64,000 nucleotides of DNA. Origin: Lytechinus pictus. Its lineage: Eukaryota. A model generated the notes under the pieces. That model saw only the letters and a program-made list of their open reading frames with translations. It was not told the origin of the DNA and did not search any database. The position numbers and the translations under genes were made by a program. Every line of letters starts with the position of its first letter. Within the stretch, counting starts at the first letter, position 1. This document shows, piece after piece, positions 53,001 to 64,000 of the stretch. The DNA lies in assembly GCF_037042905.1 (NCBI RefSeq), contig NC_087251.1, positions 33,544,001 to 33,608,000 of the forward strand. The letters run 5' to 3'.

Positions 53001-54785
53001 ACTTATACTGACTTAAAATCCATAAATTTAAACTTATATTTATAATTATAAAACAATTATGACATGAATACATACAACATAACTTTTATGTTAATATAAA
53101 TGAATGGTAATTTCCTAATATATCTAATTTAAATAGAGGAGAAGGGAGGGAGATAAGTCAGATCTCATGGAGAGAAATGGAAAGAGACAGAGACAGAATG
53201 AAAAATAGACCAGCTCTCTCATATGTCAGAAGGGTAGAGTCTAGTGGGAGGTTCATTGACCTCTATCACTGACCCAACATGTATTCACAAACAAACCACC
53301 AGAGGCCAATTCCCTTTTTTCCACCAGTCTCATTTTCCCCTTTTCATCTTTATTTGAATTGCAGCCTAATGCCTCCACTGAAATAACCAATCTCTGATCG
53401 GACTGATCTACATTTTAGTTTGGGAAGGTTCTCAAGCATAGCACAACAATGAAACCAATCATTTTTTCATAAAGCAACCTATTACAAATTACAGGCAAAT
53501 GCATCTATCATGACAAAATATAACCATAATGCATTTCACTGATTGAAGCATTAAAAACCCATAAGCATATCCCATATTAATTACTTCTGTATCTCAGTTG
53601 GTGTTCAAATGTAAATGGAAGCAGGTTTTGCATAAACTTATTCTACTATCAACACAGATCATGTCCCACCCATGTGCGTGGATTCCATCTTTGTAAAAAA
53701 AACACACAAAAAAACATTAGTATTGGTCATGAGTGCTATCCTAGTGCACAAAAAATATTGTATTTGGATGCTGTGAGACTTTGGAATAACCAAAATAACA
53801 AGAATTTTAAGTTTAGGGAGGGTCCCATGTACTGGACACATAAATGCATGAATGGGACAATACATCGATATTTTAGCTGCGTAAGGTTACAGCTTGAATG
53901 TGAGAGGGCATATCAGAAGCAATCCCTATCAGTGAATCTTTGTTTGTATTTATTAAGAATCAGATCAAATTACAATATTAACAGTTATTCAATGAGATTG
54001 AAGAAGTGCAAAAGCTCACAAATAAACATTTGTATCTGTCCCACCGACGGGAGTTTCCAAACAGTTTCTGAACAAGAAGTGAATGTTCACCATCTCAAAG
54101 ATTTACATGGTCAAGATCATCAGTCCTAATCGTATACCAAGATTCTAACACAGAATCTTCCTAGCTAAACTACAATTCTTCAAGTCAGATCATTTCTGCA
54201 CATCGCACAAACAAAGACGGACGGGAAGGGAGAACCAATTTCATCCTCAGTCCCACTAATTCATCTCAAATTATCATCTAACCGAATGAAGAAATATGAC
54301 CTCAAGGGTGGAGGGCAAGTGAAGTTTGTCCATCCCCATCAAATCAAACCCTAAATCCAAACAGAATGATGCAGATCGTGGGATGACAAATAACATTTCA
54401 ACACAATGCTGAGTTAAAGGTAATAAATAGCACTAGGTTTGGATATACTGTATTGGAATGTGTTCTGAAAGGAGCAGGGTTCTAATTACGCTCATCAAAG
54501 TCTTTTATCATGATGGTAAATTAAAAATATTAACAAATTTTGGCAATAGACAAAAACTCTTATAAGCAAACACATGACATTAATTCTAATATTATACACT
54601 CTGATCATCAAATGATACAAATTCCAATTAGTCCAACCTAGATTCCACTTCACCTTCATCAAGAAACCATTTGGAATAGCAGAACCCCATATTTGGGAAA
54701 AATACTGAAAAGTTTTCTTGAACCCCACTTATAAGAATAACCTAATCTTATTGAAGACCAATTTGTTAAAATGTATGATGTCCTT

Positions 54786-55142
54786 TTAATAATAATAATA
54801 ATATTCCGCATTTATATAGCGCTTAACACATCGGAACGACGTCTCTAAGCGCTTTACAGATATATTATTACCCCGGTCATCGGATCCTTGCATGCCCGCA
54901 TACAATGTATGCACCTTCTCCACTCCCTGGGGAGCATTCCAACAACAAGAGTTCCAAGACTCAATATTGCTAGGCATACTACATAGGCTTTCGCATCCTA
55001 CCGGGTACCCATTTAACACCTGGGTGGAGAGTGGCAAATTGTGGATTGACGCCTTGCCAAAGGACGCTAGGCCATGGTGGGATTCGAACACACGACCCTC
55101 TGATTACAAGGCGAGAGTCAGAACCGCTACACCACGGCGCTT
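54786..55142 (-). mobile_element. Full-length, apparently young SINE family B copy
   Basis: On minus: GCGCCGTGGTGTAGCGG (A box), GTTCGAATCCC (B box), central domain, L2-like tail ending in a clean (TAT)n run. Confidence 0.92.
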
Positions 55143-56899
55143 TTCTGTATGGTTTTATAATTATAATGTTATTCATTATCATGTTCAATGTAAAGTGCTA
55201 TGATATATAGGCCTACATGAGTTTTTTCTTAAATATAAGCATTGTTATTAATATTTCCCAAAACCTAAATGACAATGATGTAATTGTAATAACACCGACC
55301 GCATTCCCTTTTTACATAGGCCCAATTTTAAATACACACATTAATTCCCCTTTTCTGGATTTTGAGGAAATTGTGAGCATTTGTTTTAAATTTGTGTAAC
55401 TGCAGCAAAGCAACCTTTAAGAGACACCTATCTCACATGGCTGCTCTCCCATATAACCTTCTCCTAGATACATGACTAAGGCAAGCCCCAGGTGCTCCAG
55501 GTTCATGCCAGTGATGCAGAGATATTGCCTCTCCCAGATACAACCAATTTATCCACAGCAAATTGCTTTGGTTGGAGCCTTTACCTTGGAAAGTAGGCCT
55601 ATCAATCACGTATTACATCTGACATTAATTCGTAGCGGATCGTTTTCTTATGGCTGATTTGGTTATGCATACGAATACAGGTGACTTTGGAGTGTTCAGC
55701 TATGCAAGGCACAGGCATAGACGGAGACCTGCCAACAGAGACCTGCCAACAACCGTCTGTTCATCCAGGCCAGCCGTGCATAATTGCACCAAGTTGATTG
55801 TGAGTGTGTATGTATTGCATAATTATCATTTCTGCTTTCATCTCCGGGGACAGAGTCATCCAGCCCTTTATCCCCGCCAAATGAAACAGCGGAATGGCAC
55901 GCACCCGCAGGGGCACACTCACCACGGAATCGGATTCGGCAGGCGCTTGACGGCGCACCGTGACTGGGACGAGATTCCCATCTAATCTTTTGGGGAAATA
56001 GCGAGGATCTGCTTGCCTGGTGCCTTTCATTAGGCTCTCCGTTTTTACCCAATTTTGGATGATTGCTGGGGAAGATGAGGGATACAGCCATGTGGAGAGA
56101 TATCTGATGCATATAATACAGATGCCAGGATCACGCCGCCGAGGGGGAAGCAACCGAGATGAGATGCAATTATTCTCTTTGAAAACACCATCAATCATTG
56201 GCAAAAACATTGGCAAGGTTGAAATTATGATCTACGTGTAATATAACTAGGTTTCTCGAAGAAGCGAAGGTCAGAAGTTCACATCGTTCCACTTTCAATT
56301 GATCTGATTGGATTTGGACAACTTTCTCTTTGTTTGTATTTTTTTTACTTCCAATGTATTCACATTCAAACCTTCATGGACAATGTAAAATCACATAAAG
56401 AAAATACAGGCTTCCAGAAGAAATTACTTAACATTACACAGGTCTTGTTGAAAAAAAAATCATGAACTTTGATGTATGTCATATTTAGTATTATTCATAA
56501 ATCATATGGGTAAAAAGCACCCTGGAAAAAAAATCAATTTCATGCAGCCACTTTCAAGATATCTATGACCAGAAAAAAATCACTTAATTTCTCTGCCATG
56601 GCTAAAAAGTGTAATTAAACAACATCTTGTAGGGACATGATACATAATTGGGATGGTGCTCCTGATAGTTCACAGTTTCACTTTTTGAAGCACTTCATAA
56701 TGATTTTCAGGTGCAGTTTTTTACATTTTATCACAAAAATGTGTAACAATTGGGAGAGTCACTCATCTCTGAGTGCAATACAAAATTCAGCAAGAGCTGC
56801 AATACATTCAGAAAATATTATTGAATCTCTGTACAGACATTTCTCAGATAATCCTCACTTCTGACATCTCAAAGAATGATAACTTTAATAGTATGATCA

Positions 56900-57142
56900 T
56901 TATCTCTGAATTTTACTCAACAATGCAGCAAACCATTTTCAATATCATCAAATAACATGCCAATAATAAATAAACATGATAACGCAGAACAAAATAATAC
57001 CTCATAATTCTGTAGATATATCATCTCTGAATTTGATTCAACAATGTACTAGAAACCATTTTCAATATCATCAAATAACATGGCAATAAATAATAATCAT
57101 GATAATGCAGCACAATAAATATACCTCATAATTCTGTAGATA
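56900..57142. repeat. Tandem duplication, about 122-bp unit x2
   Basis: ATCTCTGAATTT at 56902 and 57023; CTCATAATTCTGTAGATA at 57001 and 57125. Confidence 0.9.
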
Positions 57143-57467
57143 CATGTAGGACATATTAGGTCAAAGTGAACAGAAACCTTTGACTTTCGATGAAAAATCT
57201 GAATCATCCTAGTTCAGTGACCCATTACCTGACCTGGAAAAAAAAAACAGGCCAATAGAGGAACGGAGTACTTCACATTGAGCAGTGTATACTTTCCCTT
57301 CTTGCCAAGATGTAGTCTACCTTTGAGTGTATTGAAATGGTAACGTAATTTACTATTTACTATTTACTTTAACAATTACTTTTAAGAAACATAATTTACA
57401 ATACATGCTTAGCATCTTACCAACTTGAACAATTTGGTCCAGAATATTAAAGATGGTATAACATTAA

Positions 57468-57756
57468 AGATAAATACCTGGGGCCCGTTGCAGAAAGAGT
57501 TGCGTTTAAACGCAAGTGTAAAAATCAATCGCAAGTCCAAAATGCGCGCTGTTGATTGGTTGAAAATGAAGTTGCGCATGATTTTTAAAGATGCGTTTGA
57601 TTGCAACTCTTTCTGCAACAAGCCCCAGTTGTGGTAACGATCTCAAAATGAGTTTGAACAGAATGCAATGAAATTACCACCAAAGTGTTTGTATGTAAAA
57701 TATGTGCCAAATAGCTCTGGAAGAAAATACGTAATTGCTGAGAAATTAGCAAAATA
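57468..57756 (+). mobile_element. 5' fragment of the Kolobok-type family seen at 6675, interrupted by a MITE
   Basis: TTAA|AGATAAATAC..CAGTTGTGGTAACGATCTCAAAATGA...GTAATTGCTGAGAAAT matches 6675-6822. Confidence 0.8.
57481..57625. mobile_element. 145-bp Harbinger-type MITE
   Basis: TIRs GGGCCCGTTGCAGAAAGAGTTGC / GCAACTCTTTCTGCAACAAGCCC, flanks CTG/CAG. Confidence 0.88.
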
Positions 57757-57894
57757 ATTTGAACCCCAAATCTTTTGGTTCAAAGTATGAAGACTTCTCC
57801 ACTGAGCTACAACACCAGTAGTCACCAACACAATATTTTTTTTTAAATACACACAGGTCCAGTGTAAATGGGCACCCATGATATGTGCCCTTAT

Positions 57895-58038
57895 TGCCCG
57901 TTTCATAAAGAGTTACAATTAATGAAAATTTCCCATAAGGGCAACTGCCATGGTAACATGGCTCAGCATCCAATCACAATCAAGGTCACCATGGTGGATG
58001 CCATTAAAGCAACGATACAATACTTATGAAACAGGCCC
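57895..58038. mobile_element. Degenerate Harbinger-like MITE with CCAAT core
   Basis: GCCCGTTTCATAA ... TTATGAAACAGGCCC|CTG. The core CCAATCACAATCAAGG is shared with 5554-5717. Confidence 0.6.
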
Positions 58039-59169
58039 CTGATCAGTGCTGAGCGGGTCTGAGTGGGTCCAAGAGGGGTAGACTAGAGGGGGGTGCCAGC
58101 TCAATTTGAGCTTCTTGTGAGACACAGAGCCCCAGGGATGAAGCCCCGGGGATCAGGAAAGGATTGTGGCAAGACGCATTTTCCAAGCATTCTGAAATTC
58201 TTCCTAAATCGTGGTATGGGTGTTCTGTTGCAGGGTGATAGAACGGTCTTGTTAAAGACGGATTGCTGAGATGCAAGGAAATGAATGATGCCCCATAATA
58301 CAAAGCGCAATTTGTACATCAAAGCGTATGCATTATTGGTTGAACTTGAGAGTGTAAGGTTGGAAATAGATATTTATTGTGCTGAACATAGTGTATGTAA
58401 TGCATCAGATTACAAGTATAACATTGGTTATAAGTACTGGTAGCAAAAATTAAATGTGCATTACACACACTTTTATTTGAGCATTTAATATCACACATTT
58501 TTGTTTGATGAATATATAAATGCATTTAAACAATAAAAAGGAAGCCTTTCTTGTTAGAGGGGGGTTTTTTCTCAAAATTTGAACATTTTTCATGTAAAAA
58601 GTTAACATGCATAACTTGAAAACCGAACCTGACACCGAAGAGCAAGTTCCTGTGCCTTTAATGCCAAGACCGGCTAGTTTAACCTTTTCAAAAAGGTTTG
58701 GCAGGCGGATTAGCGGAGCACGCACCAGGGCTTGGCGTGGAATGCCTTGAGCTCAGCTCACCTACGCCCTCCTGACATATCCCCCTCCGGCCCCCATCCC
58801 ACAATCCTAGGGGAGGGAAAGACTTGAAGAAAAGGGGTTGTAATCAAGACAAAAAATGGGAAAATTGGATATGAACTGAAAGAGGGTGGGGAGCATGCAA
58901 AAGGAGACAAATACTTTAATATTGATAGCCGATAAAAAATTGAAATATAATAAGGCAATGGGACATAAAAAATAAAATTTCTAATTACAAGACTGGGAGA
59001 GTCAAAAGCATTTGTTACATTCAAATATAAGCAAAGAATGAGATGAAAAGAGGCGTGTGGAACACTACTTATAAAGGATAAGAGCAAGGAGATAGAGTGA
59101 TATCTCCTTGATAAGAGGAGACATTGAATAACTAGTGTCTGAGAAATGGAACTACATAGCCATACCAAG

Positions 59170-59283
59170 AATGAAGGATAGAACTAAAAAGGAAGAAGAT
59201 GAGAAGGATGGAGAGAGTAAAGAGATGGAATGGATGATAATGGAAAAGAGAGAAGATTGGAATAGTGTTTACGTGAGAGCTAC

Positions 59284-59314
<31 letters not shown>

Positions 59315-59596
59315 ACTACGAGAAAATTGATGAAAAAGGGAAGAAAAGATTGGAAAAGTGTGTATGAGAGCATGGGAGAGGGAGAAACAGGGAAGGATGA
59401 GAAGATGGATGAAGGAGAAGGGGTAGGAAAAGAGGAAGAGAGATAGGAAAGTGTGTATGAGAGGGGAGGAAAAGAGATAGAGAGAGATGGGGAAGGATGA
59501 GAAAATGGATGAAGAATGGGATGGAAAGAGAAAGAGAAGGAGATTGGAAAAGGATGCATGTTAGTGTAAAAGAGAGGGGGGAGAAGGGGGGGGGTA
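59170..59596. repeat. Purine-rich (GA) low-complexity tract with recurring GATTGGAAAAGTGTGTATGAGAG-like motif
   Basis: Direct reading; strong purine strand bias. Confidence 0.75.
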
Positions 59597-60335
59597 GATA
59601 TCATGAAACTTTAGCAGTGAGGTGTCACCTTGCAAAAAAAGCCTAGTGTAGTTCACACTGATGAATGGGAGAACACAAGGTGATGACATATGTGGTGAGA
59701 AGGAGAACATAGTTTAGAGTTCAGTGTTGGCTGGCGAAACCCAATCTTTGCAGCGCCAAAGGCGGTGCAAGCCGAGTTGGAAGTCAAGGGCTCTTTGCAA
59801 CTCTGATATCCATTGAAACACCCAACAAAAGAGCTAGGAACAATTTCTAATTGCAGGGCACTGTCCCATTGTGATGTGTTCAATATATCAAAAGTACATT
59901 GTTATGATCAATATTATATATAAAATATTCATAATCAACAAATAGGCCAATGTGTATGCTTAGATAAATCAATCATTGAATCACTATCAATGAAATTCTT
60001 CTTTTGTTTCAAACACAAATTAGCAGGTCTTAACAAAACACAATTATCACACTGTAAGAGTAAATTTCACCTCGTAACTTCTGAAGATTTCACCTCATCT
60101 AATATATCAAATCAAACCAGAGATGAAGCACAATTTTTCAAAAGCTACAAGGAACTGATTTAAGGTGATTGTAAAATAACACAACATCAAAATTGATGTA
60201 ACATTAAAAAAATCTTTGAATTCTATTTGACTTCGCAATTTTCTCCTTTATAAAGGCTGCACATCAACTTCAGTATTTTGTTTGTGTTAAAGAAAGAAAA
60301 GAAATACACATTCTTCAAAATAAACAGGCCACTAA

Positions 60336-60811
60336 AGGCGTTTTCAAACCGCCTCAATCACAAGAATCCCCGTTAAATTACGACAACATTTTTAGGCTAA
60401 AAAATACCCATTAATTATTCCTGCATTCACACCGCCCCGAGACATACCCTTCGGGATAAATTCCTGAAGTTAGGAGCATGCGCAGTATGGTCTAATAAGC
60501 AGGCAAGGCGCGAGATTCAAAACCACTAGCCCAGCAGCCACCCACCGCGCCCGCGCCCAACGACACACTGGGCTAAAAGTTCCCGTAAATTGCTTTCACA
60601 TTGCCAAAATACCTGCGACCTTGGAAAAATCCCCGCGAAAGTTCTCGTAATTTCGCCAAGTACCTACTATTTAGCGGGTATTTTCTTTCGGGGAAATTAC
60701 GCGTAGTTTGCTTTCACATTACCAAAATACCTGGTATTTTCTGATCGGGGTAACTTTCCCGATCAGAGAATACCTGGAACTGACGAACTTCAAGGCGGTC
60801 TGAAACCACCT
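60336..60811 (-). mobile_element. PIF/Harbinger-type MITE, copy 2 (inverted relative to 4218-4695)
   Basis: Reverse complement matches copy 1 along its length; TSD TAA/TAA (60333-60335, 60812-60814). Confidence 0.92.
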
Positions 60812-61230
60812 TAAGTAGCAATATTCCAATCTCCATAATTTTCTTTGATTTAAAGATTTCAGAATAGGGTAAGAAGTGTAAATTGATCAAGCTCAATAAG
60901 TAGACCTACTTTGTGTAGACAGAGCAAATGACTAAGTGCGAATGCAAATACTGTAATGTAGAGAAAAAAAACTTGTTCAACAAATGTGGGAAAAAAATGC
61001 TGCCATTCCCCCTTCCCTCCCCCTCTCTCAGTTTCTCTCTCTCTTTCTCTTTTCAGGTTCATTCTCATTCCAGTCTTTTGAACATCATCCACTATTGTCC
61101 TTGCCCTTGCACTGCCCATAGCTCATTCAAATGTACATACCGTTTTGAAATACACAGGGGAAATACCGTGTTTCGCCTGCACCACAAGAAATGCCAATAT
61201 TATACAGAAAAGAGGCATTCCTTTATCTGC

Positions 61231-61354
61231 GTATGAAACCTATTCACATTGCCCAACTATAAATAATGCTTCTTCTTACAGTATGGTATTGTGTATGAAA
61301 CCTATTCACATTGCCCAACTATAAATAATGCTACTTCTTACAGTATGGTATTGT
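61231..61354. repeat. 62-bp tandem duplication
   Basis: GTATGAAACCTATTCACATTGCCC... at 61231 and 61293; one mismatch seen. Confidence 0.95.
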
Positions 61355-62613
61355 GCAGAGTATGATGCCAACAAAACCAAACTCAATTTCACACAGAACA
61401 CAGATTATCACTCCCGTTCACAGTTTTCGCAAACAAGTTATTTTTACTGTTCTATTTAATTAATCATATAATTTTTGGATATTTCAGGATTACACATCCG
61501 ATAATACCTTTCTCTATTACAAATAATCTCTTATAACATAAATAATATAACGCCAGACTGAAAATATGATAGAAATGAGTTCAATATATATATTTTTTCT
61601 AATATAAAACAATTGCTGTTACATGTAATTGTAAATAGCATATAAAAATAGGTATCTGAAAATATATTTTTTCGTGACTGCAAATGCATATCACAAAGAG
61701 CTAATTCATATATAGTTCTAAGCTATATTAACGTGACAGGAGGGAGGGGCAATCATTTTTTACACACAAAAACATAGGTCATCAACATCTAGTGACACTT
61801 TCAAAAATTTTCTTTCGAGAAACAAATAAATAATACAAATTAAACAAATTTTTAATGATATTAAGAATAAAGAAATAAAAGGTAATCTAAAATCTGTCAG
61901 GGTTTTACAAGGTCTTCGCACCCCCCCCCCCCCCCCCCCCCCCGAATGACACATCAGTGCTTTTGAGCATCATGGAGTGTCTCAGTTTTGAATGCATTTC
62001 TTGGAGATCTAGAAACTACTCCATCATGTCTCTCACTTCTATCCAACTGAACTAGTAAATACTCTGGCAATGGGGGTACAGCTGAGTATATACTATTTTT
62101 GATGATACAATCAGCCTGTGAGGAAAAACGTGTCACTTTTACAAAATACTCTTTCAAACTGATTCTCTCCCTTTCCCCTCTTAAATGTGCATGAACGTAT
62201 TGTAAGGTTCAAACAACAACAAAAATAAGAAACTCTGGATTGAAGGATATAGAGTGAAAGGGAGAGGAGAAAGATGGAGAGGAGGGGCACTGGAGTTGAG
62301 GAGAGGGGAGGATGGATAAGGGGGAGAACACGGGATATTTGAGTGGAGAAATAATTATGGACAAAGGAATGAGAGAGACAATTACAGAGAGAAAAAAAAC
62401 ATTTTTGTTAAAAAAATATATTTTTCATATATGACAAAGGTTTTATACATTTTTTCTTTAAAAAGTGAGGGAAAATAGCCCTGTGAATTCATGGACTCAA
62501 GACCAGGGCCTGGTTGCATGAAACCTGTCGTCTATTACAAATGCTACAATCCTTGATAATTTTTCTCACAGTCGATCAAATTGCAAGATTTCAGTAGTTT
62601 AAAACTTTAGCTT

Positions 62614-62850
62614 ACACTCTAAATTACAAGGATTTCAAATAAATCCATTACAGCTATGAATAGTGACCAGTGGACGTTGGGATTTAAGATTAATCCATAA
62701 AGATTTAAATGCTAATAAATTTGGATTTAAAAATCAATCTTTAAGATTTACATTTAAACCTTTAAGGATTGATTTTAAATCATAATATCGACTGGTTGTT
62801 ATTCACAGGCGTTAATGGATTTATTTTAAATCCCTGTCTATTTAGTGTGT
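62614..62850. mobile_element. Foldback MITE with CAC...GTG termini
   Basis: About 55-bp imperfect arms GGATTTCAAATAAATCCATTA...GACCAGT / ACTGG...TAATGGATTTATTTTAAATCC. Confidence 0.75.
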
Positions 62851-64000
62851 GACAGGCCTACATGCTAGTTTAGCATCAGGTCTAGATAACGCATGACTTG
62901 GGAATAAGAGGAAGGGTGTGTGGAGGCTTCAGGATTATAATTTGAATAATTTTCATGTAAACAGAATGTAAAAAAAAGAATAAAAAGGAATTCACAACTT
63001 ATTTCATTTAAATTTGCTTCTTCAACATCTCACTTAGACAGCTACACAATGTACAGACGATCAAATGAGATTAAGAACAGTATCTTTAGAATATGTTTCA
63101 CCACTAATTTCATTCAGAAAAATAAAAACATCCCCATCACATACATCATCTGCACATTACACCACCACAAAAACCTCCAAAGATGTGTCACAACATTGTT
63201 GCAGAGCAAAAAAAAAAAAAACAGGAAAGCATACAGGGTTTTTATTCAATTTATAACTAGCGCATGAGCCTATAAATATTGATAATTGAATCGCATTGCA
63301 CTCCATCTCAATTCCTGCATGCTGGATACCGGAATAATTCCTTCATCTTATGTTTGTTGGGAGGTAAATGAAGCAAGCATGCCTTCTCAGGAGTCTATTC
63401 AATCCATTGGCACATGCATCAACTCATTAATTTCATGATGCTTCAAAGAGATGTGCATCACATCCTAGTGCCATCTGGGAGGAGAGAATAGTTTCATGAA
63501 TCAGACACTTAATGCTCTTCTTCAGACTCGATCCCTTCTCCCCCTCTTGTACAAAATTGCCTCTTTATACTTGAAACAGGAATAATATTACATTTTTTTT
63601 CCTGTCATCAAATCGATTTCTATCTGTTTTCCTTCATTTTTTCATTAATCATGTATCTCTGAAACTTCGTCTGACTCTTGACAACCCCATCTCTTCCCCC
63701 TCCCCATTCAAAGAATGGTCCCAACTCTCTTGTTCTTTGTAAGTAATTTACAGATAAAATCTTTTTTGTACCTTTAGATCTGAAAATTCATCATGGTCAC
63801 AGTTTGATCTGTAAGAGTAATCTTTGGAAGTTGTGTTTTGTTAGATTCATTTTTTTTTAGTTGGTTTCAGTGCAAAAATGTTGAATTTTGTGAACAAAAT
63901 CTTACACCTTCAAACCTCTGGTCATGTGACTTATGAATATTAATGATTTCACTACACAGGATGTTTGCAATAGCAAAGCTTTGCTGTTGGGGACATTGGC

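Noticed and set aside
55650..56241. Overlapping 73-151 aa ORFs
   Set aside because: No recognisable domain or splice boundaries; openness is explained by locally higher GC.
1..64000. Conserved microRNA hairpins or an autonomous transposase/RT gene
   Set aside because: By eye I found only seed-length matches to known miRNAs and no long ORF with DDE, RT or RepHel motifs. An Infernal/BLASTx search would be needed to exclude them fully.

Overview
AT-rich eukaryotic, almost entirely non-coding DNA. The repeat landscape (tRNA-SINEs, Harbinger/Kolobok MITEs, Helentron-type elements, poly-G and GA tracts) looks like a sea urchin or other echinoderm; this is my inference. No ORF in the track is a convincing gene: the long ones are microsatellite or repeat translations. 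The window reads best as a very long intron or upstream region of a minus-strand gene. There is a candidate promoter/first exon near 1.2-1.75 kb, a few weak exon candidates, and GC-richer unique islands that may be enhancers. Well-supported features are four SINE copies of two families, many MITEs with TIRs and TSDs (four nested insertions), two Helentron-associated (DINE-1/HINE-like) elements differing by one tandem unit, and several tandem repeats. The two most interesting observations are (1) a minus-strand distant branch point + polypyrimidine tract + 128-nt AG-free zone ending in a fused CAG|GTGAGT, a recursive-splicing signature, at about 32260; and (2) 18-27 bp palindromes flanked by 7-bp direct repeats that look like P-superfamily transposon excision footprints.
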